Source of the DNA: Candidatus Latescibacterota bacterium
GTDB taxonomy: Bacteria; Latescibacterota; UBA2968; UBA8231
Reading direction: 5' to 3'
NCBI GenBank assembly: GCA_965223905.1
Contig: CBDCXV010000010.1
Span: 1,344,001-1,408,000, forward strand
DNA length: 64,000 nucleotides
The translations under genes and the position numbers were made by a program. The notes under the pieces are model-generated. The model was not told where the DNA came from and ran no database searches. It was given only the letters and a program-made list of their open reading frames with translations. Positions 8,828-19,140 of this stretch are shown one piece after another (position 1 is the first letter of the stretch; the number at the start of each line of letters is the position of its first letter).

Positions 8828-9748
8828 ATGACAGCGAACACGGATGCCCCAGAGCTGCGCACCGTCGACAGCGGCGAGGTGATCAAGGGGGTGGTTGCGC
8901 TCCTGTTCACCTCGTTCAGCGACGACGGTACCCGATTCGACGCCGCCAGCATGCGCCGCCAGATCGACTTCGTGCTGGAGCCGGGGGTGTCGGCCGTGGT
9001 TGCCTGCGGGAAGGCGGGGGAGTTCGAGGGGCAGAGTCTCGAGGAGATCGAGGAGGTCCTGACCACGGTGCTGGAGCACGTGGGCGGCCGCGTCCCCGTG
9101 GGCATGGGCATTATCAGCGTGGAGGAGGACCGCGGTCTGCCCGCCGCGGAGCTTGCGGCCCGGTGCGGCGCGGACTTCGCCATGACCAAGAAGCTGACCA
9201 AGACGGACCTGCACGGCTTCTTCAGCCGGATCGCCGAACGGATCCCGGTGATGCTCTACGACCAGACCAACGAGGGCACCCTCGACGTGGACGGTGAGGT
9301 GCTGCCGCTGGTAGACGCCATCGAGCGGATCATGACCGTCAAGGTGAGCGGCAACGTGTACTCCTTCGACCGGCTCAAGGGCGCGGCTCCGCAAGCGTCC
9401 TACATCTGCGGCTGGGACGCCTTCTCGCTGCCCGCCTACGTCTCCGGCGCGGACGGTGTGGTTGCCGGCAGCGCGGCCGTCATGCCGGATCGCGAGGTGG
9501 AACTGCACCGGCTGGTGCAGGCCGGCGCCTGGGGCGACGCCCGGCACCTGTTCTACCAGCGCATGCTGCCCATGATCGCCTACTGCACCCCGGACCCCTA
9601 CGCCTTCTCCGTGTGCAAGCACATCCTGCACTGGAAGGGCCTGTTTGATTCACCGGTGGTCCGGCCGCCCTATGAAAACGTCCCGACCTGGCTGCAGCGG
9701 GAACTGCGCGAGCTGGCGCAGCAGCTCGGGCTGCTCGAGGGGGCGTGA
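8828..9748 (+). CDS. Dihydrodipicolinate synthase (DapA/NAL) family aldolase
   Basis: CGKAGEF, PVMLYD, VKVSG (Schiff-base Lys), GADGVVAG, VRPP. Confidence 0.9.
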   Translation: MTANTDAPELRTVDSGEVIKGVVALLFTSFSDDGTRFDAASMRRQIDFVLEPGVSAVVACGKAGEFEGQSLEEIEEVLTTVLEHVGGRVPVGMGIISVEEDRGLPAAELAARCGADFAMTKKLTKTDLHGFFSRIAERIPVMLYDQTNEGTLDVDGEVLPLVDAIERIMTVKVSGNVYSFDRLKGAAPQASYICGWDAFSLPAYVSGADGVVAGSAAVMPDREVELHRLVQAGAWGDARHLFYQRMLPMIAYCTPDPYAFSVCKHILHWKGLFDSPVVRPPYENVPTWLQRELRELAQQLGLLEGA

Positions 9749-9850
9749 ACGCGAGGCTCCCGGGAAAGCCGATCGATCTGGCCTCGGCACCCACCTCTGT
9801 AAATCGACGATTACCTTACCGAGAGGGCGAGCGCGCTCACCCGCTCCGCC

Positions 9851-9930
9851 CACCAAGAGCGCGATAAACGAAAACGACCTGCGATGTCTGCAGGGCGTTT
9901 CAGCGAAGGGGCGCTTATCCCGTGTTACCA
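9851..9930 (-). repeat. Possible minus-strand attC-like site downstream of hicA
   Basis: Minus strand reads TGGTAAC-ACGG-GATAAGCG..hairpin..CGTTTATC-GCGCT-CTTGGTG (R' has C instead of G). Confidence 0.4.
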
Positions 9931-9948
9931 GACGTGTCCGTAGGTCAC

Positions 9949-10173
9949 CTACAGACTGTCAACAAACTCCTCGACTGTAATCCCGGCGTTTCGAAGGATT
10001 GCGCGAAGCGTGCCTTTCGCTACTTCGCGATGATCGGGCACAGTTACTCGCCGATTCGGAGCCGCGAGTTGCCTCAGGACGATGTGACTTCCACGCTGGC
10101 GGTCAACCTGATAGCCGAATCGCTCAAAAGCTTTGACAACCTGGCGCCCGGAAACGACCGGCAACTTGCTCAA
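9949..10173 (-). CDS. hicA: HicA-family toxin
   Basis: MSKLPVVSG..RQRGSHIVL..VTVPDH.EVAKGTLRAIL. Confidence 0.93.
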   Translation of the reverse strand: MSKLPVVSGRQVVKAFERFGYQVDRQRGSHIVLRQLAAPNRRVTVPDHREVAKGTLRAILRNAGITVEEFVDSL

Positions 10174-10379
10174 CCGACCTCGACGACCTCTTCATTGATT
10201 GGTGGCGGCACTGGCTCGCCTCGCTCCTCGAGACTTTCTATGTAAAGGGAAATGGCCTCTCGGATGTTGGTGAGGGCTTCGTTTCGTGAGGCGCCCTGAG
10301 AAACGCAACCGGGCAGGGAGGGAACCTCGGCAACGAAAACGCCATCTTCATCTACTTCAACCAAGACTCGATACTTCAT
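10170..10379 (-). CDS. hicB: HicB-family antitoxin
   Basis: EDGVFVAEVPSLPGCVSQG..EALTNIREAI; 4-bp overlap with hicA. Confidence 0.93.
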   Translation of the reverse strand: MKYRVLVEVDEDGVFVAEVPSLPGCVSQGASRNEALTNIREAISLYIESLEERGEPVPPPINEEVVEVG

Positions 10380-10590
10380 TGCGCCTCCATATCATTCTGA
10401 TTCACCGGTAATGTAAACAAAACCACAAAACGGTCATGTCTGAAAACGTTCTCGCGGAATGAGAACCTGCCGAAGCGAAGCATGGCCAGGTTGGATCGGA
10501 GACCCATAGCGGGAGGCGCGCCGGCGTTTTTACAAGCCGTGCAGTTCTGGGGCCTGGTGGACGGTGTCCCCGATCCAAGGACGCCAGCGT

Positions 10591-11424
10591 TCATGGACGG
10601 ATTTCCCCAAGTGTTTCGGCGAGTAACGGGAATCCGCCTTGCCGTCCGTATGCGCCCAGCCAATCACCCTCGACAAATTCGAAGTCACCGGTCTGTGTGT
10701 CCAAGGCTCCAATACAGCCCTCATTGATGACCTGCAAAGTCGGGTCTCTGGGGTTGCTTACGACGCTGGCCAATTGAACACATCGTGTCTCGTGGACCTG
10801 GATCGGGCCTGCAGCATGGTGGAAATGGCCGAAGACGTGGAAAAGTGGCTTGGCCGACTTCAGAAACCGAATCACGGGCTCCGGACCCTCAGGGAGGTCC
10901 TCTCCTGCTCCCTCCCCAAATCCCCCCTCGTGCGACACGAGCAAGTCGAGTGGACCCGAATTGACCTGACCCAGCCTCTCGGGATCTCCACCTGCGCAGA
11001 AGCCGACCACTATGTCATCTCCTCTGACTGTGTACCCGTCCGGCACGCAGTGGAAGAGTCCATGCGGGTCGATCGGTATAAGAGACTGCTGGGTTGCTTC
11101 GCGGGTCCCGAAGAACTGCGCGAACTCATCGTGATTTCCAGGGACAACGTGGATGGGAGAAGCGATTTCCTGACCAAATTCCCGGAGGAGTTTCGCATCC
11201 TCCCCTGTGGCTTTGACGAGATCATATAGGTCGTAAACGGCTAAATCCCACTGGGAGAACCTGTCGTAGGGTCGCTCTCCAGTCGCTGGATCAGGCAGAA
11301 CACCCAAGTCCCCAACTTGGACAACGAGATCGAACTTCCTACCTCGCAATGCCTGCCACCTCGCCAGTACCGCAAGGGCATGGCAGGCTCTGCCGTGCAC
11401 ATCTCCTATACACCCGACAATCAC
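10591..11424 (-). CDS. Calcineurin-like metallophosphoesterase
   Basis: GDVHG, QVGDLG, PGNHD, SHE, FGHFH; GTG start at 11424. Confidence 0.88.
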   Translation of the reverse strand: MIVGCIGDVHGRACHALAVLARWQALRGRKFDLVVQVGDLGVLPDPATGERPYDRFSQWDLAVYDLYDLVKATGEDAKLLREFGQEIASPIHVVPGNHDEFAQFFGTREATQQSLIPIDPHGLFHCVPDGYTVRGDDIVVGFCAGGDPERLGQVNSGPLDLLVSHEGGFGEGAGEDLPEGPEPVIRFLKSAKPLFHVFGHFHHAAGPIQVHETRCVQLASVVSNPRDPTLQVINEGCIGALDTQTGDFEFVEGDWLGAYGRQGGFPLLAETLGEIRP

Positions 11425-11437
11425 TTCCTGTTCCCGT

Positions 11438-11524
11438 TCAGAGTATGACAGCCACCAGATCTTTTTCGGCGTCGAGCAGCGCAGCGCGGGCGCGTACGTA
11501 CAGCAGGTCAGGAGCGCCAGACAT
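11438..11524 (-). pseudogene. N-terminal stub of an AbiEii-like nucleotidyltransferase partner
   Basis: MSGAPDLLYVRARAALLDA overlaps the end of the AbiEi-like gene and stops after 28 codons. Confidence 0.5.
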
Positions 11525-12300
11525 GCTCGTTCTTCTCCATCCACTTCAGTAAGTGCTCACCCTGCGACGGTTCCCGGCCCGGCCCGGTCAGGAGGTCCGC
11601 AGCGAGCTGGCTGGGAGCGACGCAACGAAGGCCGTCACGGTCGACCGCCCGATCGAAGACGACGGGGTCGAAAGGCTCCAGAATCACCACGTTGGCGCCG
11701 GCTTCGGTCTCGCGGAGGTCCAGATGGTCGAGGAACTCGATCGCGTCGGTAACGTAGATGGCCGCCTGTCTTGCGGGCGCGATGGGATCGAATCGCTGGG
11801 CGGCGAAAGCGCCGGTGGCGACGTACTCGAGCTTCGTCGCGCGGAGCTTTTTCTCGAAAGCCGGCAGCCCCCGTGGCTCGAGCGTCATCGTGGGCGTGTT
11901 CGAGTCCGTTTGATCGTAATCCTCAATCCACCGGCGAATCGCGCCCTGCCAATCGACCGCCGATACGGCTCCGCGCATACGGGTCACGATGGCTTCCCGT
12001 TCGAGCAAATCCAACACGCGCGACAAGGTCGGAGCCGACACCCTGGTCGACTGGGCCAGCTCTCGGACACCGTACGGGGGGAATGTGTCGATGATGGCCC
12101 TCACGGCACGTGCCGCACCCCGGCCCCGCAGGGACTGGAGCTTGTGATCCCTTGGCCAGGGATCGCGATCGACCCCGTCCGCAGAAATGAACAGCCCCGG
12201 CGTGGAAGCTTCGATACGGACGTTGCCCGTGGTGTCGACGTAGCCGACGCCGCGGTCACGAAGGAGGGAACGGGCGCGGGGGGAGAGGTAGGAGGCTCGT
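11508..12300 (-). pseudogene. AbiEi-like (type IV TA antitoxin) wHTH protein, 5'-truncated
   Basis: Homology-like text (YLSPRARSLL..GYVDTTGN..GVRELA..CVAPSQLAADLL..GR) extends in frame to about 12300 with no start codon. Confidence 0.7.
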
Positions 12301-12301
12301 C

Positions 12302-12574
12302 GTGGTGCGTGTCGAAGTCACTCCCGAACGGCCGCATGGGCTCAGCTACTCGCTGACGCTGCACGCCCCGGACGGCGCCAGGCTGGCCGGTTTCGACAAC
12401 GCGCACCCGGTTCGAAAGCGGCGGGGTCCGGGAACGCGCAGGCGTCGCGGGAGGGACCATCGGCACCGGCTGCATACAGTCGGACCATACTGCTACAAGG
12501 ATGCCGCGACGTTGTTGGAAGATTTCTGGAACGCGGTGGACGCGGTGCTGAAAGAAAGGGGATCGATCCCATGA
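12302..12574 (+). CDS. DUF6516-like putative toxin, probably 5'-truncated
   Basis: RPHGLSYSLTL..RLAGFDNAH..DHRH..LLEDFW. Confidence 0.7.
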   Translation: MVRVEVTPERPHGLSYSLTLHAPDGARLAGFDNAHPVRKRRGPGTRRRRGRDHRHRLHTVGPYCYKDAATLLEDFWNAVDAVLKERGSIP

Positions 12575-12951
12575 CGACGCTGAGAATCGGCATTGCCGGC
12601 TACGACCGGATGAAGGCGCGCACGATGGCGATCGCCCGCGGGGAACACAAGCCCGCCAGGGGCGAGCCGACGGTCTGGTTCACGTCCATCGAGAGCTTCG
12701 CGAAGGTGCTCTCCGGGCGCAATCGCGAGCTGCTCGCTCTGATCGCCCGTGAGAAACCGGGCTCGCTTACCGAACTTGCGGAGCTCGCAGGGCGCAACAA
12801 GTCAAACCTCTCGCGGACGCTCAAGACGATGTCGCAGTACGGTCTCGTGGAGTTGAAGAAGGGAGAGCGCGGAACGGTGATCCCGCGGGTACCTTACGAC
12901 CGGGTGAGCCTGGATGTTTCTTTGACTGCGACGCCGCGACAGGTCGCGTGA
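12571..12951 (+). CDS. HVO_A0114/MarR-like HTH regulator, putative antitoxin
   Basis: FTSIESFAKVLS..SLTELAELAGRNKSNLSRTLK; ATGA overlap with the upstream gene. Confidence 0.85.
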   Translation: MTTLRIGIAGYDRMKARTMAIARGEHKPARGEPTVWFTSIESFAKVLSGRNRELLALIAREKPGSLTELAELAGRNKSNLSRTLKTMSQYGLVELKKGERGTVIPRVPYDRVSLDVSLTATPRQVA

Positions 12952-13698
12952 AGCCTTCTTCAATCATCGGTGTGCGGGGTACATCGATTTGAATACGCAT
13001 TGCCGATCCGAAGTTGGTTTCGTCGCCGCATGATGCGGACGAGGACTCCACGCGTGATCGCACCATGACCGTTGAAGTCCAACAGATGGATGCCGTGCAG
13101 AACGCGCTGGCAGGGATCGTCGACGATGTGTGGAGCGATTTTGACAGGGAGCGGGAGGTGGACGCGGTGTAATCGACCTCAGGTCGATGTATCTGTAGAC
13201 GCCCGAAGAGGTGGCCGACTGGATTCGGATACCTGATTCCTTACTGCGTTTTGCGGCTTCCTGACCCAGACTGACTTGGCTAAGCTGAACGACCCTTGTT
13301 GCTGGGGCCAAAATTGTGTGCAAGGGGTTCCATGCCAGTTAACCGCATCGGAGGGCGCCTGGCTAAAATCGCAGACACTTGGATATGATAGTATTGACAC
13401 GCTACAACGCCAGTGATGCTGGCGTGGGACGGTCTTCGGAAAAACCCGTGACGTAATTCGATTGGACAACACTTCGATGGGACGAGACTTAGCGCTATAC
13501 CCGAATCAAGCATCGAAACGAGATCTGAAGCTGTATTTGGAAGGACTTGGATTCCAAAAGTGCAAGCATTTGTGGAATTGGCCCGCAGGGACACTGAACT
13601 TCTCTTGGTTTGATGAAGAAGACTTCCGATCGATTGACGGGGTATCTGCAGATGTCTACCCAGTTTCCGGAGATGAGTTGCAGGTAACCGGAAACAAA

Positions 13699-15162
13699 GG
13701 GTCTATCCGGGTTTTTCAACGCCGAAACGTAAGTACGGAAAGTACCTGAGCCCTTGCTGTCCATCTGAGTACATGACAAGGCCATAGGTCGTTCCCTATG
13801 CTTGGTGTATCCCCATCAAGCACTCCCCAAGAAAGGGAAGGGAAGGCGACCTATGACCGCTATGAAGTTCGTCTCCAAGCTGTTCCAATTCAAGGGATTT
13901 CGCGCGGTGGGCGTGTGGTTCGAAGGACACGGGGAAGAAGCGGCCGTCGTGGTCGCGGTGAAGCCCCAAAGGAACGGGTGCCGGTGTCCCGAGTGTGGGC
14001 GCCGCGGCAAGATCGTACAGGTCATGGAGTTCCGCCGCTGGCGCGACGTCCGCGTTTGCGGCCGTACCCTCTGGTTGCACCACGCCCCTCGGGAGATCCG
14101 CTGCCCGACCCACGGCCGTCGCGTCGAGGAGGTGCCCTGGGCGGCGCCCTCGGCCCAGGTCAGCTACCGCTTCGAATACCTGCTGCTGAGGTACTGCCAG
14201 TGGATGACGCAGGCCGCCGCCGCGCGCCTGCTGGGTCTGGCCCCGTCGACCCTGTCCGACCAGCTGCACCGGCTCATCGAGCGCCGGCGTACGGGGCACC
14301 GCATCCGCCGGCTGAAGACCCTCGGCATCGACGAGATCTCCTACGCCAAGGGCCATAAATACGCTACCCTGGTCTACGACCTGGAACGCTCCCGTGTCGT
14401 CTGGGTCGGCAAGGGCAAGGCACGGAAGACCATCGACGCGTTTTTCCGGGACCATCTCAGCGCCTTCCAGAAGGACCGCATCCGCTGGGCCTGCTGCGAC
14501 CTGAGCGAGACCTTCATCGGCGCCATCCGGCAGCATGGTCCCAACGCCGAGTTGGTCCTGGACCGATTCCACGTCGTCAAGGCCCTCAACGAAGCCGTCG
14601 ACGAGGTGCGCAAGGAGCAGTGGCGGCAAGCCTGTGGCGAGGACCGCAAGCTGCTCAAGGGCCTGCGCTGGGTGCTGCTGCATCACTCCGCCCAGCGCTC
14701 GCGAAAGGATCGGCGCACGCTCCAAACCCTGGAGAAGGCCAACCGCCGCATCTACCGCGCCTGGCGCCTGAAGGACGAGTTCGAGCACTTCTGGCGCTAC
14801 AAGGCGCGCTGGGCCGCCGAACGCTTCCTCAAGAAGTGGACGACGGCGGCCCTGCGCAGCCGCCTGCAGCCCCTGCGCAAGTTCGTCAACACGGTGCGCA
14901 AGCAGGCGGCCGGCATCACCGCCTTCGTCGACACGCACCTGACCAACGCCGCCGCCGAAGGGCTCAATCGCATTATCCGCATGGTCAAGAATCGAGCCAG
15001 TGGATTTAAAACTCTGGATGCCTTTGCCGACCTGATTTACCTGTGCGTCGGAGACCTCGATATCCCTGCGCAGATTCCGGCCCGATTCCGTACAGTATGA
15101 AACCCTAAAAATCTCATTGGGGAAACGCTATAAATACCACGTTGAAAAACCCGGATATAGCC
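13699..15162 (+). mobile_element. ISL3-family insertion sequence (1464 bp)
   Basis: 23-bp terminal IRs GGGTCTATCCGGGTTTTTCAACG / GGCTATATCCGGGTTTTTCAACG; 8-bp TSD GAAACAAA at 13691-13698 and 15163-15170. Confidence 0.97.
13853..15100 (+). CDS. ISL3 transposase
   Basis: CPECG zinc finger, LGIDE, CCDLS, DRFHV, TNAAAEGLN. Confidence 0.95.
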   Translation: MTAMKFVSKLFQFKGFRAVGVWFEGHGEEAAVVVAVKPQRNGCRCPECGRRGKIVQVMEFRRWRDVRVCGRTLWLHHAPREIRCPTHGRRVEEVPWAAPSAQVSYRFEYLLLRYCQWMTQAAAARLLGLAPSTLSDQLHRLIERRRTGHRIRRLKTLGIDEISYAKGHKYATLVYDLERSRVVWVGKGKARKTIDAFFRDHLSAFQKDRIRWACCDLSETFIGAIRQHGPNAELVLDRFHVVKALNEAVDEVRKEQWRQACGEDRKLLKGLRWVLLHHSAQRSRKDRRTLQTLEKANRRIYRAWRLKDEFEHFWRYKARWAAERFLKKWTTAALRSRLQPLRKFVNTVRKQAAGITAFVDTHLTNAAAEGLNRIIRMVKNRASGFKTLDAFADLIYLCVGDLDIPAQIPARFRTV

Positions 15163-16039
15163 GAAACAAATGGGCGTTGCACGTGCGAAATCTCTACAGT
15201 GCCAGCTGGTACGACGTAAGGATGCTAAACAACGTCCTCCGAGGAGCTAGAAAGCTCTTCGGCGGGACAATCAAGGGAGATTACGGGACAAACCGATATG
15301 CACCACTATGGAATGACGAAAGCACGCCGATCAGTCGCGGAGTCGCAGCCATCTACCAGCGTGTAGACCAAGAACTTTCTTCGGTAAAATTCGCCCTGCC
15401 TGAGCCGTCAATCCAAATGCAAACGCCACTAGATATGGAAAAAAAGATGCGCGATTTCGTGGAGCATACGAATAGCCTTGATCCCAGTAGAGTGATTTAC
15501 AATGGTCTAGTACCGTTCGCGGTTTCGATGTTCGAGTATTTCTTCTCGCGTGTATTTCAAGTGTTGATAACTTACGATGAATTTGCCTGTAAAAAAAAGG
15601 AATCACACAATTTACGTGTCGATTTTTCTACCCTCCTCCAAGTGAGTAACAGAGTACGAACCCTTGAAGATGTAATTGCGAAGACGTACACGTTCCAGAA
15701 CTTGAACCAATTAAACAAGGCTTATAAAGAATGGCTCAATATTGACATTAGGAAGATTCTGTTCAAAAAGAAGCGGATTGGGCGCTCAATATTGTTTTTG
15801 GAGAACCGTATAAATGAAATAATCCAATACAGGCATGGTGTCGTTCACGATTTTGAAATAGATCGCTCCCTTACACGAGATGAATACCTAGCTATCCTCA
15901 GCGCCATTGAGGCTGCCATCAAGGAGTTCCTAGCGTTCCTGGAAAGGAAGTACACCATAACTATCTCCGATTCCCCTTAGCACCGGGAAAAGACCCTCCC
16001 GTCGGGGAGAAGTACGAAGTCGTTGGTAACCGCCCCTCC

Positions 16040-17347
16040 TCACCCCTTCCACCTCCATACCGGCGGGGCGTCGTAGTTGAACGAGACCGCGTCCCCAGGC
16101 TCCAGCAGGATCGTCTGCCCCGCGTACAGCGGACCGGCAATCGTCTGTGACCCCGCCTCCCGCTCCGGCCCCGCTTTGCTTGGCCGCGGCCCGTGGCTGT
16201 CCGCCAGGCTAAGGTTGAACGGAGCCAGCGGCGCCGTGCTGCCGCAGTCGGCGATCGTCCAGGACCGCACCTCACCCGGCTCGACGATGAGGACCTGCAC
16301 CGGAAGCGAACTCCTGTTGACAACGGGACGGCCCGAAGGCGGAACCTCCGGCGTCTCGACGGAGAACCCGGCCGGCCAGTTGCAGAGGATCCGGTTCGAG
16401 GGGACCTCCGCCCTGTTGGTGACCCCGTTGGGAAGACTGAGGGCGACGACGGTGTTGTCCCGCGCCCCCATCTCGAAGACGACGTCGCACCCTGGCCGGC
16501 GGGGGCCGAAGCAGGAGAGGGTCAGCAGGTTGCGTTGGGCGCTGATCACCGCGCCGAAGGCGTCGTCGGCGACGAAGTCCTCCACGGTTACATAGCGGCG
16601 CGTCTCCTCGTCGAAGTACGCCGCCCGCGGCGCGTGGAAGGAGAGCGCGAGTCTGTTGTGCCGGATCTTGTCCGACTCCGGGTCGCCGAGGCGCAGGCCG
16701 GCGCAGTCCCCGGTCGCGTGGTATTGGTTTCCGTAGAGGATCTCGATGGTGTTGTTGCCGAGGTTGTGGCCGCTGCCGGTGCCGTCGCTGAGGTGAAGGC
16801 CGGTGCCGCGGGTGTTCGTCTCCTCGGCGAAGAGCTTGCTGTTGACGATCGGCCCGTGCGACGAGTCGAGGAGGATCCCCGTCCCCTGCGGGTGGTTGGA
16901 GACGGCGCAGGCGAAGTCGAAGACCGAGGCGGTGACGCAGGTGAAGTCGTCGGGGCCGGGGGTCTCGGGCCGGATCGCCACCACGGCGTCGGGCGAGCCG
17001 GAGCTGACGAGGCCGAACTTGTAGCGGCAGTTCATCTGGCTGTCGAAATGGATGGCGTTGCCGCTTTCCCCGGTGTAGGACAGCAGGTAGTTGCCGCCGT
17101 CGAGGCGGAAGTCCTGGCTCCAGGGGACGCGCAGCGTCTCCTGGAGGGTGTAGATGTTGTGGGGGGATCCCACGCCGTCGTGGACGCCGCCGCGGCCGCC
17201 CCAGATCCAGACGTCCCGCGAGTGGGCGTGGGCGTAGTCGAGGGCTTCCTGGATGCCGCCCGTCCTCGTGCCGGGGGTGTTGCGGCCGAAGTCGCCGCCG
17301 TCATCCGGGCCTTCGAGGGTGACGCTGACATACGGTTTCGGTTTCAT
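16040..17347 (-). CDS. Hypothetical protein with a probable beta-helix core
   Basis: Starts MKPKPYVSV..DGGDFG..GIQEALDYA; the 742-aa track ORF is over-extended upstream. Confidence 0.7.
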   Translation of the reverse strand: MKPKPYVSVTLEGPDDGGDFGRNTPGTRTGGIQEALDYAHAHSRDVWIWGGRGGVHDGVGSPHNIYTLQETLRVPWSQDFRLDGGNYLLSYTGESGNAIHFDSQMNCRYKFGLVSSGSPDAVVAIRPETPGPDDFTCVTASVFDFACAVSNHPQGTGILLDSSHGPIVNSKLFAEETNTRGTGLHLSDGTGSGHNLGNNTIEILYGNQYHATGDCAGLRLGDPESDKIRHNRLALSFHAPRAAYFDEETRRYVTVEDFVADDAFGAVISAQRNLLTLSCFGPRRPGCDVVFEMGARDNTVVALSLPNGVTNRAEVPSNRILCNWPAGFSVETPEVPPSGRPVVNRSSLPVQVLIVEPGEVRSWTIADCGSTAPLAPFNLSLADSHGPRPSKAGPEREAGSQTIAGPLYAGQTILLEPGDAVSFNYDAPPVWRWKG

Positions 17348-17483
17348 GCTGCCGCCTCCTGTTTTCGCTTCACCGGGTTGCGCGCCACCGGGCCCTGAGG
17401 TCCGCCAGGAGACCCGGCCTTCCTTGACCCCGCCCCCGGGGGAACCCTTAGTACCCGCCACCCCCCAGGAGGTCGGCGCGAAA

Positions 17484-18643
17484 ATGAAAATCACCGATGT
17501 CAGGCTGCTCGTTCTCGAACAACCCGGAGAGCCCAAACCCGCGGGCATTCCCCGGCTGGGGCAGGTGCCCAACCTGCGCCGCATCCAGTGGTCGTCCGGA
17601 CCGGTGCCCAACAAGAAACCGCCCACGGTCCCCCGTCGAGGCCGCGCCACAGTTTCCTCGAGGTCCATACGGACGAAGGGCTCAGCGGCCGCTGCACCTC
17701 GACCATGCGCCCGGACCAGATGGACCTGCTGCGCCCCCACGTTGTCGGCGAGGATCCGATGCACCGCGAGCACATCTGGCAGATGCTGTTCAAGGGGACG
17801 CGCTGGCTGCGCCAGAGACAGGGCTGGCACGGCGACCTCGACACCTGCCTGTGGGACCTGGCCGGCAAGGCCGCGGGCCTTCCCGTGCACGCCCTGATCG
17901 GCAAGGTGCGCGAGCGCTTCCCCGTCTACCTGACGAGCTCCGGCCCCACCCTGGAGGACTACCTCGGCACCATCGAGCACGGCAAAGAGTTCGGCGTCAA
18001 CGCCTACAAGTTCCACACCTACAAGGGGGGCCGGGCCGACATGCCGATCCTCGAGAAGACCCGCGAGGCGGTCGGGCCGGACTACGACCTCATCAACGAT
18101 CCGGTCTGCTCCTACGACCTGCGCGAGGCCATCGAGGTCGGCCGCTTGATGGAGCGGCTCGACTTCATCTGGCTCGAGGAGCCGATGCACGAGGCGAAGA
18201 TGAGCTCCTACCAGAAGCTGTGCGACGCCCTCGAGATGCCGGTGATGTCGACCGAGAACCTCATGCACGACCTCGGCATCACCGCCGAGTGGCTCAAGCA
18301 GGGGGCGACCGACTACGTGCGCGCCGACGCCATCGCCGCGGGGGTCACCTCGGTGCTAAAGCTTGCCCACCTCGCCGAGATGCACGGCGCCCAGGTCGAG
18401 ATCGCCGGGCCCGGCGGGCTCTTCGGTCACGTCCACGCCCACCTCGGCTGCTGCATCGACAACAACGACTACTACGAGTACTTCCATCAGGGCGGCGACG
18501 GCCTGCGCCGGTGGGGAGAGGAATGGGGGGTGACCAACGCTCCCCTCATCGTCGACGGCCACATCGCCCCCAACGACCTGCCGGGGTGGGGCGCCGAGTA
18601 CGACGAGGAGAAATTCCAGTCGCTAATCGCGGAAGTGCACTGA
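17484..18643 (+). pseudogene. Mandelate racemase/muconate-lactonizing enolase family, frameshifted
   Basis: MKITDVRL start is in a different frame from LEVHTDEG..WDLAGKAAGLPV..KFH..WLEEP; shift at about 17590-17640. Confidence 0.8.
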
Positions 18644-18678
18644 CGCAGGAACAGCATCCACCAGAAAGGAAGATCCTC

Positions 18679-19092
18679 ATGCCGCTGGGTAATCCGGTTC
18701 TGAGCAGCACCTTGAATCAGGTCAATCTCGACGAGCTGAAACAGGAGTTCGGCCCGCCTCCGTGGTCGCGCAGGGTCGTGGTGTCCGACCACCTCGCCGC
18801 CAACGTCATCTGCCAGCCCCCCGGATTCGAACAGAACGACTGGCACTGTCACAACTACGACGAGTGGTGGGTCGTGCTCGAAGGGGAGATCGACTGGATC
18901 ATCGAGGGCCGCGAAGACGACCCCGTTCACGCCAGGGAAGGGGACTTCATCTACGTCCCGGCCATGACCTACCACCACATCTTCCCGAAGGCAGGGGAGA
19001 CGACGATCCGCCTGGGAGTGTCCCTGCCCGGCACGGGCGGGCATCTCCACGAGCGCCCCGCGCGCAAGGCGAAAGTCACCATTGAGAACTGA
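18679..19092 (+). CDS. Cupin-domain protein
   Basis: WHCHNYDEWWVVLEG..GDFIYVPAMTYH. Confidence 0.88.
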   Translation: MPLGNPVLSSTLNQVNLDELKQEFGPPPWSRRVVVSDHLAANVICQPPGFEQNDWHCHNYDEWWVVLEGEIDWIIEGREDDPVHAREGDFIYVPAMTYHHIFPKAGETTIRLGVSLPGTGGHLHERPARKAKVTIEN

Positions 19093-19140
19093 CCTCAGCG
19101 CGGTCCTGGCGGCCAGGGGACTCGACTCCGGAGCGGGCGC

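Larger units (their letters stand above)
13477..15980 (+). pseudogene. HEPN-domain protein (343 aa when rejoined) interrupted by ISL3
   Basis: 13477-13698 joins in frame with 15171-15980 (..VTGNK|WALHV..); C-terminal RHGVVH (Rx4H) motif; AT-rich. Confidence 0.8.

Noticed and set aside
12952-13460. Short ORFs between the HTH regulator and the HEPN gene
   Set aside because: No recognisable motifs or convincing starts; probably degraded DNA.
17348-18268. N-terminal 307 aa of the 742-aa ORF
   Set aside because: Antisense to the enolase gene; the real start is ATG 17347 with an upstream GGAGG.
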